Translations under genes and position numbers: made by a program
Source: Bugula neritina
Taxonomy: Eukaryota; Animalia; Bryozoa
Reading direction: 5' to 3'
NCBI GenBank assembly: GCA_964035545.1
Contig: OZ037767.1
Span: 9,186,581 to 9,250,580 of the forward strand
DNA: 64,000 bases
Notes under the pieces: generated by a model
The model's input: only the letters and a program-made list of their open reading frames with translations
Database searches by the model: none
What the model was told of the DNA's origin: nothing
Shown here: one piece after another, positions 43,586 through 64,000 of the stretch
How the letters are laid out: every line of letters begins with the position of its first letter
Position numbering within the stretch: the stretch's first letter is position 1

Positions 43586-44586
43586 ATAATAATTATAACT
43601 GTAACTGTATTTATGATATTATATTCAATTAATATTTTAGTAATAATAATATTATTATATTACTTTGGTGAAGGCTAAGTAATATGCCCACATTTAATTT
43701 ATCAAGGTGCTTGTAATAGCCAATCAGAAATTGTAGACTCAAACAATTTTTCAGTTTCCGCTTATAAGGCAGCAGCAAACAATAAGATATAGCAGATAGC
43801 ATTACAGTTCTATGTCTATGTCACAGTCTATGTGTCTTGAAAATTACCATTTCTCCAGACAAGTATAAATAAATTAATATAAAAGACTTCATTAGCAAAA
43901 TTTACACCATAGTCATTCTATGTTCAATGAGTATTTTTTCACTGGAGACTGTAAGTTGCAGCATCAGTTGATAAATCAGGTAATACAACTACCAAATGGT
44001 AAGAACATCAATCTTATACTGACAATGCGAAGCTTAATTTTTAAGACTGTTTTAATATGAATATACACGTGGAAGATTTGCTCAGTGAAAATTTGGCTAA
44101 ACCTGCAGTTACGGACTATCAGTAGACTACTAGACAATCCCTTAGAGCACAGTATAGTTATGATAAGAATGATGATATGCTATACCACAGTGCAAACAAC
44201 TTTATTCAACCCATTAGGCATCTTACCATACACCAAGTAACACCTGCCTAAGTAATAGTCGACCTACTGTATTTATTCTCGATATTGGGTGAGCTAGCAA
44301 CTATAAAGTATACTGTGTGTATTGGTTGTTATACCAACAACTATCTAATTTAGTTTATCAATATTTTGTGACAATTACCATAAAAACCTCTTTCATCACA
44401 ATAACATACATGTGTATGTAAGGTACTCAATGCTACCTTGACCTTTTACATCAAAGAGTTTCATAAGAATCAACAAAATGCAACTTCAGTAGGTGTTGTT
44501 GAAGTGAATATTCGTTATAATTTCAAAGATGTTGTATAAATATTATATCTTCACTTTTTTCAGAGTTATAGTATTTATCAACTGGA

Positions 44587-46914
44587 ATGACTCGATCTCT
44601 AGACTCGCAAGGTGATAGAAAGATTGTAGCGGTTATCGGTCATGGAAACAGCGGCAAGACTTGCCTCACCAAACTGTTGACTGCTGAAGATGTAGGGAGC
44701 AGTCTGGCTGTACATAGACACACCCTGGATGAGTCTCGCTACATCACCAAAGCCATGCCAAGTGAGTAACTCCTATTTATTAAGTTGTCGTTAGCCAGTC
44801 GATATTTTATCACAGAGATAGCATAATTATGATAAAAACTAATTCATATATAGACAGGTTTCCTGTCTGGCCTGTAACTCACACTAGCTGTGATTTGTTA
44901 AATGCTGTACAATCAGACCTATGTAGAATATTATATTAATTTATTCAAATTTTTTGCTGCATTATACAGCTTATAACTCATTGACACATAGTATGTACCA
45001 TAGAGATAGTTGGGACTACATCTGTGTGTATGGGATAGTTAGAACTAAGTCCATGTGTATGGGATAGTGGGAACTAAGTATACCTCCCTCTCTGATTAAC
45101 TCACTAATAGTTTATCTACTATATCTATAAAACATGGTTTACAACAGGAAACTACAAAAGATTGCAAATTTTGTAGCCCTCTTTCAATACCAATCTATTA
45201 TGTCCACACTATGGCCCAATTAAGTTTCTTTGTTGAGCCTGCATTCTTGAAATTTTTAACCCATGACTCATGCTTATGTAAGCCTACCTTAACTTGTAGG
45301 ACAAATACAGTAAGAACAATGGCCACTAGATTATAGCCCCCTTTATCTCTGATCTACAAGCATGTCTTGTATAAATATTAGTATACAACAAAGTTTAGAA
45401 ATACTACTGTTTGCTTGCTTAATAGTTTTGATTACTCCATGTGGAGAGAGCATGTTTTGTTTGACGATTGAATTATATGTATACAGTATTCATTAAGCAT
45501 TCTTTATAATATGCATTGAGTTGCTAAAATTAGAGATATTTTGTAATAATTTATCTTGTTTACAGATGGAATGCATGAACACATACAGTTTATAGACACA
45601 TCTCCTTGGAAAGAGTTCCCAGTGATGCACAGGCTGTACGTGAAGACATGCCATCTTGTTATGATTGTGTACAACGTCACTGCATTGAACTGGGCACAAA
45701 TGTTGAAGGACATGATAGAGGAAGTACGTGCTATCCGAGGCAAGTACCACATTGCTTTGTTTACCCTAGCAACAGGTTGGCAGTGCGCCTAGCAACTACC
45801 TCGATACAAACAACTTGTCCTCCCCCTTCTTTCTCAATATTGATTATTCATAACAAAATTAATGTGTATTTTTAGCTTATTATATATTCATAGTGTTAAA
45901 TGCTTTAAAAATATCATGTTTCATTGCGATGAATAGTAACATGAATAATTTATGTTATTTAAAGCTGTTAGAGCAAATTTATTAAACATTGCTCTAGATG
46001 CTAAAGTTTTTAGCATTAATAAGTTGTATACTCTACTCATTTTATTACTAAATAGTTATTGTTACTTCTTTTAGATGTGGATATAATAATAGTGGGAACT
46101 CATTGCGATGAATATAGCTCACAGATGAACTTTGCACCGTCTCATGTCCAGCATGTAGTGGGGAACATACCTCATGTGTACGTGAGTTGTGTCACGCTAT
46201 TTGGAATAAACACACTCTGGTCTACCATGACTCTGAAGTGCTCCGCCTTCATCAAGCAGGACTCTGATCACTCAATCAAGGTACAGCCTACATATTGTGA
46301 TAAACATTGTGCAAGTACTCTTGTGCAACTTGCCTCATAATACTTTGGTTAATGGAATGCAAAAACATTACTGCATGTTTAAGCAAATGACAACTACCAA
46401 TTTGTTGAATATAATTAATATTGAAATGATTTGATTGATTGGGCTAGTATGTTATAAGACTGCATATGCAGTGATGCATGGTTCCCAGTTGAACAACATG
46501 TCTTAAGTTAGAAGCAGTTGAAGACTGAAAGTCATGAAATGCTAGTAATTCCAGAAGTTGGAAGCTACTTAAAAACTTTTACGAAGTTTTAATACATGAT
46601 ATACATGCAATGCATTCAGAAAACATTTTATACAATCAATCTTGAGACTGTTGACCTGCAGGACATTGAAAATTTAGTTGGGGGGGGGACATGACTGCTT
46701 CACAGGAACAATACATAGACTCAGTTACTTCAATAGCTTGTGCAATAGCACACTATAGTCCACATTTTATTGATTAAATTCAAACTCAACAATATTTTTT
46801 CAGGTACCAATTGAGCCAAGAAGAATCACTTCTAGATCACAAAGCATGAAAAAGCTCCTAACAAAGACTGGGAGTTTTCTCCTCTGCACGAGCAAATACC
46901 ATACTTTACCCTGA
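44587..46914 (+). CDS. Atypical Ras-superfamily small GTPase (DIRAS/RASD-like switch II, degenerate G3/G4), ~221 aa
   Basis: Exons 44587-44761, 45566-45739 (GC donor; in-frame GT alternative ends 45775), 46075-46280, 46804-46914. P-loop VAVIGHGNSGKT, G2-like HTLDE, IQFIDTSPWKEFPVMHRLYV, VMIVYNVT, IIIVGTHCD, G5-like YVSC. Confidence 0.8.
45003..45080. repeat. 29-bp tandem repeat (~3 copies) in intron 1 of the Ras-like gene
   Basis: GGGATAGTT(A/G)GAACTAAGTCCATGTGTAT-like units. Confidence 0.7.
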
Positions 46915-47503
46915 AATCAGCTCAGTTTTACACATTTGTCCTCATTATCATTACCTCTAGTCCGAAAACTATCTGCGTGTATTATATTTGGAATTCTTTG
47001 CATATATTGGTGCTCAGTGCAATGTTCTATATAGGTGCCAAACTAGTAGCATTTATTTATTGAATTTAAATTATTTGGATTTTTGGCGAGGTTTTTAGAC
47101 CAAGTTTTAATTATTTGCTCAGTTACTTAATAAGAATCTCAGCCTACAATAAAATAACTTATTACCTTTTATTATCAAAGCTTTGTTGACTGTTTTATTA
47201 TTGTTGTTTCTTACTATTTTATTCCTATTAGAAATGTTATTCCCACAATCAGTAATGTATTATAACAGACTCTGCATTATATAAGTGGTAAATAAAGAAA
47301 ATGGTCTCATGGCTCACTCTTTGTATTAACTTCATGTAAATACAACACAACAAAAGAACTAAATAATTAATGCCATGTTACATACTCCATTAAACATTAC
47401 ATACTAGCAAATTGTTTTAAAATAAATTCTTGAACTTTCCACTAACAAATATGTCAATACTATCCTCCAGTAAGCATAGCTGAAGTTCTAGGAATACCAG
47501 GAG

Positions 47504-48754
47504 TTACTCATGGGGAGGGTCAAAGTGGGTGTCTGTATAAAAAGAAACTCATGTTTAATAACATACAGTAAAATCAATTGGAATAGTATACAGTATCAGC
47601 AACCAGGTGAATTACAATACTTAGCAAAAATATGTTCCCACTTCTTGAAATATAACTCGACAAACCAACTAAGAAAACCACTTTAGTATACATGTTGTGT
47701 CAATAAAATGGCTTTTATAGTTTATTCAATGGGCACTGATATATCAGCAATATTATATATGTCATTAGAAAAATAAAACTTCTACATAAACCATTGTGTC
47801 ACATCCTGTTGCATTTTGGCAAAGGAAACTTTTAAAAAATGAAAAACAAGTGAGCTTTTAGTGTTTATAGTAAAAAAACCCTCATGTAAAAATAAAGAAA
47901 TGCATTGTTTGCTATGTAATTTGCAGTAAACCATTGTAGGATATTTTATCAACAACATCGCTGTAAAAAAATAAAAAGCTCCTATTTAACCTCTAAATGC
48001 ACCAAATTTTTTAAAACTGCCAAAATTGTAAATAAATTTTTTTTTACAATTGCTTTTAATTACCAGACAACATGTAAAACCAAATATAGCCAATTTGAAT
48101 TTTCATTTTAAAACAATTTAGACATTTAGAGTTATTTATATAAATGAAAGACACTAATTGGAGTTGTCACACCACAATACAACCATGATAATACAGGTAT
48201 ACTTACGGTTTCTGGCTTCTCTCCTATTTTTCCACTCTTCAACATTGCCAGGGGAGTGAGCTGTAAATCAAATTAACATCTTAATCATAAAAAACATGGC
48301 ACAGCTCTCAATTTGATTTTACAATAAAACCTTCATTTGCTGGTCAGCAGGAAGAATAACGATCTATTCGGAAAATATGATTGTTTTAATTTTAAAAAAT
48401 ATGTCCTTTTGCTATCACTTCTTTGAACCTTCTAAGAAATGCCCGAATCATAACTTTCGTAAGATTGCTATCTTTGAAGTTTCAAAAATTAAAGTTGCCG
48501 ATTTGGTTTCAGGAGTAAGTTTTTTTAGTATAAATAACAGAGCTACCATTTCTCAACTTCGTACATGATGTAAGGAAACTGGTGAACTACCAACCTCCTT
48601 TATTAATCTTCATGATAAGAGGAAGAGAAATCACGAAGGAGTAAACTAAGAACCTAAAGGATCTGGCATTCTTCCAGTACCACTGCCAGTGAAACTGTCT
48701 GAACTGAGAGGTAACAGTGTAAGGAAAGATAAAAGACTTCTGTCCTGGAGCCAT
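47504..48754 (-). CDS. roh: 80-aa single-pass membrane microprotein resembling Drosophila 'reduction of Rh1' (roh)
   Basis: Exons 48754-48595, 48260-48207, 47532-47504 (243 nt, phases consistent) give MAPGQKSFIFPYTVTSQFRQFHWQWYWKNARSFRFLVYSFVISLPLIMKINKGAHSPGNVEEWKNRREARNHTHFDPPHE. The FPYT...QF...hydrophobic helix..KI...SPxN...W pattern matches my recollection of roh-family proteins. An acceptor 2 nt before the ATG implies an upstream 5'UTR exon. Confidence 0.75.
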
Positions 48755-49539
48755 ATCTACAGACAAAACTACTTGCATGATGTTTGTAAGTACTAAAAGT
48801 GAATATCTGGATAAAAATAAAATAATTTATTTCTTAGCCAGAGACGGCCCTGTTTAGAAATACAACATAAAAGGTTTTGAAACGATGATGTATTATTATG
48901 AAAACTATTCTGCCACATAAAACAGAGTATTTTTGGAGCTGGCTTCTTTTGTATTTTTGATAGAGGTGGGTAGGTGCAGTTAGTTGCCGTCATAAAAAAG
49001 CCAGAAAATATTGTCTTTACTTGAAGAATCCCAACACATTACATTTATTCAGTGTTAAATTATTTACACATATTTTTGGCTATCAGCTAAAGACAACTTC
49101 AGGTTAGTATATTGGCTTTATATAATTACATTTAGTGCACGCATGACTCAGTTGCTGATGAATTTTTTGTTTGCCTTAGTGTCCACTGCACTATGGAACT
49201 GATATTAAATAGGCATAAGTTGAGCAATTTACAATAATAATTAAAACTATAATAGTATGAAACATAAAGATTATAATAGAACATACTCGCAGTGCTTTCA
49301 TATTTGAAAACCAGAGCCTAATGAAGAACCAATTCTTTTTAAAATGCAATAAGCTACCAGAAAAGTTAAAAACAATAATGAATTGATCTAATTTGTTTTT
49401 TTTAAAGATTTTCCAATTAATATTTTTATATTGCAAACTTCACAACCATAAAAGCATAATCCTAGACTCTAGAGACACTATTCAGATAGTGCAACAAAAA
49501 ATGACTAAGTATATAAACACATATTGTGCTATAATAGGT

Positions 49540-50040
49540 GGTGTCATTCCAGATAGACACTTCTCAGTTAGATGCTAGGCTAAATTTCCCACTTACACAC
49601 TTCTCACACGGACGCTTCCAAGATAGACGCTATTTATTTATTTTGGTACAATATATGTATTTTATGTGCAATTCATTTGAATATTATTGAAATATATGTA
49701 TATTTAAATAAATTTTCCTTTAATCTTAAAATAAATATTTTTGACCTGCATTAACTTATTAATTTTGCACTTTCTATATTTCTTGTTGTTTAAAAAAAAC
49801 TTTATTAAATTTAATAAGTATTCATTAAATATAATGTCTATTACTAATGTATTACTGCTTTTTTGTCCCACACAAATCTGTAAAAATTGGAATATTATTT
49901 CAGATAATTCATATTAACTATTATTTCATGTTTAGCAATCAAAACAACGGTTATATAGGTATATTCAGGTAGATTACGATATATATTGTACCAAAATAAA
50001 AGATAGCGTCTAACTGGTCAGCGTCTATCTGGGATGAAAC
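49540..50040. mobile_element. Non-autonomous TIR element with 9-bp TSD (Mutator/MULE-like MITE)
   Basis: Direct repeat ATAATAGGT at 49531-49539 and 50041-50049. The left end GTGTCATTCCAGATAGACACTTCTCAGTTAGATGCTA matches the reverse complement of the right end (GTTTCATCCCAGATAGACGCTGACCAGTTAGACGCTA). A further inverted match is TTTATTTTGGTACAATATAT. The core is AT-rich and non-coding. Confidence 0.75.
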
Positions 50041-50112
50041 ATAATAGGTTGCCTTAGAACAGCATGCCATAGTTAAAAGTATTGTAAATGTAGATTAATA
50101 TCAAAAGAGTAT

Positions 50113-50264
<152 letters not shown>

Positions 50265-50624
50265 CATTCATAGAATAGAATTTGTGACAGATACCATGTA
50301 TTGAAGGATTATAGTACAAATGTAAAAAACTAATTATTAAAAAAAGCTTTAGAATATTAGCAGGTGAGTGAATAAGTAAATTGGGTATTGTAGCTAGAAT
50401 GGTTAGGCTATATTGCCCAGATAATGCTTGTGTGCATGTCTACATGTAGATAGTGATACTAGTTCATTTCTGTTGCAGAGGTATGGTTCATTACTCATTA
50501 GTTTCATAAAGCATATAAATTTAAACTGTAATACTTTTCCAACAAGCAGAGGTTAGATATTTTCCTTGTTTTAAGTTTATCAAAGGAAGTGTCATTTCTC
50601 ATAATTTTCATGTCAGACTGCATG

Positions 50625-51890
50625 ACTACCAGTATCACCATCACTATAAGTATCAGTATCATTCTAAGTGTGAGAGTAGTAGTACACCTACTGATTTACA
50701 CTTTGACTTCCTAATAGATTAAGTGAGAAAGACTTAGAATCACTAATAGTAATAGTAACACTACTAGTATTAGTAAATACTATTATAATAATAATACTAA
50801 TAACTAATGAGTAATAGCAATACTAATACTGTAATACTAATAGTAATAGTTATATTATTAGTATTACTACTAGTAATGCTTATAGCTATACTATTAACTA
50901 TTAGTATAGCTATATAAAAAAAATTAATTAAAATTACTATTATCTTTTGAGCTTTATTACTAATAGTATTAGTAATACTTGAAGTTAATAGCAATACTAG
51001 GCTAATAGTAACAAAATAAGTAACAGTAATAGTCTAATACTAATAGTAATACTATGAGATTCAGATTAAGTATCACTATCAGTATCAGTATGACATTGAC
51101 TATGATACTGATACTCTATGACTATAAGTATAACTATAAGTAAGACAGTAATACTTACACTTATAGTTATAACTATTACTATAACTAGAAGTATAAGTAT
51201 AACATTAGCTATAGATATAAGCACAAGATTAGGTGACTGTGAGTATAGCATACGATTGAATTTAAGCATAACATAAACAATAACTATAGTTTATAAGAAT
51301 AAGTATAAGTTATAGACTTAAAGTATAAGATTAAGTATAAGACTAACTCTAACTCTAATCAATAAAGCATCACTATTACTATTAGAGTATTACTATTACT
51401 ATTAGTATTAGTATTACTAAATAATAATATAAATTATTAATTGAAATTACTTATTACTATTTCTATTAGTATTACAGTATTACTATTACTATTAGTTATA
51501 TTTAAATTTTTAAAATAATAACCATTATTATTATAAAAATTAATAAATAAATATAATATAAATTTAATATTAATATTATAATTTTAATTATTACTTAAAG
51601 TTAATCTTATTATTATTAACTAAGTATTAACTTTAAGTTATTATGTTAACATTGTGATTGTGATTGTCATTAGCCTTAGCCTTTAACTTTAAGATTTATT
51701 GACTTAAAGTTAAAGTTAATCAGTTAATCTTATGTCTAGGGAATTATTAACTGAAATTATTATTGTTCTTGGGTTAACCTTCAGTTACCACACACTCTGA
51801 TTCACAATTTCTTCTATTCAACTTAGTCTTACCAAGTAATAACTAATTTAATTACTATTACTGTTAGTCTATTACTATAAGTATAAGTAA
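50625..51890. repeat. Degenerate hexamer-periodic AT-rich tract on the roh side of the SEC23/roh intergenic region
   Basis: AGTATC, TAATAG/TAATAC, TATAAG/TATAAC and TATTAC/TATTAG units in 6-bp register over >1.2 kb. Confidence 0.85.
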
Positions 51891-51899
51891 TTATTGCTT

Positions 51900-52230
51900 T
51901 CTGTCAAAAGTCTGCCTCTATCTGAAATTTGGCCTCTTGGTTCATTCACGACTTTACCGGCAGTAACTTTAGGATTATCAGACAGTTTCTAGTTTAGTGT
52001 AAGCTGACGCCCTCACTCACGCAACTTTGTTGTTTGATACCTAACTAACAAATAGGTGCGAGCCCATTATTTAATTTTCTATAATATTTAAAAAATAAAT
52101 GTATTATACTCGCTACAACCTAGTACGTAGAAAAATCGAAAGTGCATAAAATACGAGCTTGTCCCGTACTTGTGCCTAAAACAGGGGCAGTGACGTGGCG
52201 TCCGCTTTGTTGGAGTTGATCAAGTGGCAC
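51900..52230. promoter_or_regulatory. Putative bidirectional promoter for roh-like (-) and SEC23 (+), with TGACGTGG at 52191-52198
   Basis: This is the main CpG-containing, complex-sequence island between two head-to-head genes, both of whose first coding exons begin with acceptors. TGACGTGG is the CREB3/CrebA/XBP1 (UPRE/CRE-like) core. The TSS is inferred, not observed. Confidence 0.55.
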
Positions 52231-52329
52231 AAAATGAATATCAAATCACAAATGACTTTCATTTTATATCATTTATTGAATTTGAACTCAATAGACGTTT
52301 TGTTTTTTGTATTGTGCTTCATATTTCAC

Positions 52330-52670
52330 TCTCAACACATTTATATTGTGTTGATGGTTACTTTTACTTTCAGGTGTACTATTAAGTTTAATATTATTTT
52401 TATCACTTTTACTTTTACTCTTTTAGTTTTAGTTTTTGTTTTACTTTTGAACTTTAGACTTACAGTAACAGTTACAGTAACAGTTACTGTTAGTGTTACT
52501 CTTAGTGTAATTTTTTACGTCAAGTTTATAATCACCATTGTCAATATGATTATCAGGTTATCATTAATGATTAATGATTATTATTATTTTAGATTAAAGA
52601 TAAATGCCATTACATTTAATGATATATCATTATCATACTGATACTATTAGTATTATTAATATTTTTTTAG
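52330..52670. repeat. Degenerate hexamer-periodic tract on the SEC23 side
   Basis: TTTTAC/TTTTAG, ACAGTA/ACAGTT and ATGATT/ATCATT units in 6-bp register. Confidence 0.8.
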
Positions 52671-53835
52671 TTCTCATTATGATTTTGTAAGACTAAGTGT
52701 AATTGATATAGATATAATCGGTCTCATGGTTGAATAATGTTAATTTAAAAATAAATGTAGTTTTTAAAAATTAAAATGTAAATAAACTTTTAGTCTGATG
52801 AAAATGAAATGCAATTTACTTTTAAAGTACAATTATTGATTTATATACATCTTTATCTAATACTTAAGGAGCCAGAGGGAAAGAGTGCGACTAAGAGTGA
52901 TATATTTATATGAAATATAAATGATACTAACACTAGCAGTAATTACTCCAAGCGATACTCATACTAAAACTGATATAATTTTTAAATTAATGGTAAACTA
53001 ATTGTATATAGTTATAAGGGTAATTGTAAATCAACTTGTGTATTATAGTTGAATTTTTTTTATCAACTATTGTTTATCCAAAATTTATATTATAGTTATA
53101 AATGTTATAGATAATTAATACAATTGTTTACAAGAATAATAATAATTATATTTATACCTATAGTAAAACTGATAAAATATATGGTTATAACATTATGATT
53201 AATATATTTACTAATTAGAATTTAAGTTTTATTTTTACTTGAAAGTACTTTTATAATATATCCTAAAATTCTTATAATGGTTATAATTGAATACTATAAT
53301 TATATTAAGTTGTAAGAATTATTATCACTTTTTTTCCCATCAAAATTTAGTTCTATTTGAATTCTCATGAGTTTTTCTTTTTTTATTTGAGCTCCAGTTA
53401 TAGGTGATAGCTCATTATTTTATATGGTTAAATCTCTTTTTTTATTGTCTGCATCGTCACCGTTTTGTTCCATTATTACATGACTTCTCTGCTGAAAATC
53501 ACTTATTTTTCTTCATTGTTCTTTCTCGATTGACTAGGTTTATTGTAATGTAGAAAAAATTTACAACCTGCAATTCTGGTGACTACTTTGATTAAAAAAA
53601 AAACAAATATAATTCAGCAGTTGTGTGGTTAGCCAATAAAGTTTTCTCTTCTAAGGCATTTGAAAGTGTTTTTGATACCAAATCTGTCAAAACTGATTGT
53701 AAAACCTAAGCTGAAAGTATTTTAGTAACCAAAGAAAAAAAATAGTGGTTCAAGTATTTGATACTGAGGATTTTATAGTATTTAAATGATCTAGCCATGG
53801 TATAAAAAAATATTTCTATTGCTATATTGCACTAA

Positions 53836-62706
<8,871 letters not shown>

Positions 62707-63304
62707 GCAGGTCTTTTCGTTTGTTTCATGAACATACTGGGCTTGTTATTTGTATGGATAAAGCATTATATCGTATTCTGGGACATTCAGCACAAAAACT
62801 TAGTTTTATATACTGGTCATTTTTTGTTCTCGTGTATGTCATAATTTATTACTAACAAAATATAGAATTTATACCACAATCAGTAAAGAGATCCATCTTC
62901 ATATGAAATCAAATTGCAAATTAAAATAATTTACATAAGAAAAACAACAGTGATGGCATATGCCCAATGTAAAGTTCAAAAATGATGTGCTGTATATTTT
63001 TATTTTAGTTTTAAACAATGAGCTTGATGAATAAAGTTGAAATATGGCATATAAAAGATTTTTTAGTATAATTCAAATAGATGAATTCAAAAATAAACCA
63101 ACAGTGTTAATAATCAATAAGCATAATTAACTCTAAATGTAATTAATTGCCTGTAGCACTCAACAACTTACTTTTGGTAATAGTACAGCTTTGAAAAAGA
63201 TGAACAGCAGTGTTATCTTTGCAGGTAACATCAGCACATTTGTTATTGCTCACGACACCTTAAAAAACTTGAATGTGGAATGACAACTCCATTGACAATA
63301 AAGG

Positions 63305-63706
63305 TTAATGAGATGACAGTTTGGTAAAAAGTTTCTGTGCGTTTTCAGTAGTCATCTGAATTACTTCTTCTCGAGAGATTCCTTTAGTTTTAGCGATAAA
63401 GTCACACGATACGTTGATATTAACTGGCTCGTTTCTACCCTGCAAATATTAAACACATCATTAAACTATATTTCTAACCTATCACAGCTTATCTTGCAAA
63501 CCATGTTGCCTCTAGCCAAACATTGCTAAGTGATCAGCCTATCAAAGAATGTGCCAATAAACATACACACCGCCCACAGTTTTCTTTATCTATCAATCCA
63601 CTAACAGATACTAGTGTAGACTTACATGCTTCTCCGGCCCTAAAGCTGGTGAGTCCGTTTCTAAAACTAAGTGAGTCAATGGTATGCTCTTTACTAGCTT
63701 CTGTTT
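63305..63706 (-). CDS. TATDN3: TatD-family nuclease TATDN3, last two exons (5'-partial; not in the ORF track)
   Basis: Exons 63706-63626 (KQKLVKSIPLTHLVLETDSPALGPEKH) and 63439-63305 (GRNEPVNINVSCDFIAKTKGISREEVIQMTTENAQKLFTKLSSH*). LETDSP...RNEP...TTENA.KLF is the TatD C-terminal signature, and ETDSPALGPEK is TATDN3-like. Confidence 0.9.
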
Positions 63707-64000
63707 CTAGAGGAGAAAGAACAAGACGTCACATTACAGCAAAATCTACTAGTTAAATGCAGCAGGCAATGATATTACAGTTAAAGAACTGACAGAACAA
63801 TCCAAAATTGCTTACTTGCATGTAATTAAATAAAATTTTAAAGCGTTTAACTTTTCAGTTACAGTTGTTAAATGATTGAAATTCATTACAATTAAAACAA
63901 GAAAAAATTGTCAACCTTACAGTATAGTATAATTATATATATGCTGGCAACATCATTAGTATAGGTAATAGGTAATACGTTAATTATAAAGTTAAAGATC

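Noticed and set aside
38000-44500. Possible additional gene between chitin synthase and the Ras-like gene (short ORFs at 38849, 39998, 41069, 41670)
   Set aside because: No recognisable domain and no phase-consistent exon chain; more likely UTR exons, introns and regulatory DNA.

Overview
AT-rich, intron-dense animal genomic DNA with standard GT-AG introns. It is an invertebrate, and the gene set is compatible with a lophotrochozoan, but the taxon cannot be fixed from sequence alone. I reconstructed seven protein-coding genes exon by exon with consistent splice phases: 3' part of a GALNT7-like GalNAc transferase (+), SKIC3/TTC37 (+, 30 coding exons, ~1288 aa), a metazoan chitin synthase with no visible myosin head (-, 23 exons, ~1402 aa), an atypical Ras-like GTPase (+, ~221 aa), an 80-aa roh-like membrane microprotein (-), SEC23 (+, ~774-780 aa) and the 3' end of TATDN3 (-). 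Non-coding content includes five copies of a ~150-175 bp TIR MITE, a ~500 bp Mutator-like MITE with a 9-bp TSD, (TA)n tracts and many intronic minisatellites. The most notable patterns are: (1) tandem arrays made of duplicated splice junctions, where use of a decoy site creates an immediate stop; (2) long degenerate 3/6-bp-periodic AT-rich tracts beside each putative housekeeping promoter; (3) a GTPase with degenerate G3/G4 motifs and a GC donor; (4) an 18-nt SEC23 microexon and a TGACGTGG element at the SEC23 promoter. All gene identities come from remembered motif similarity, not database searches.
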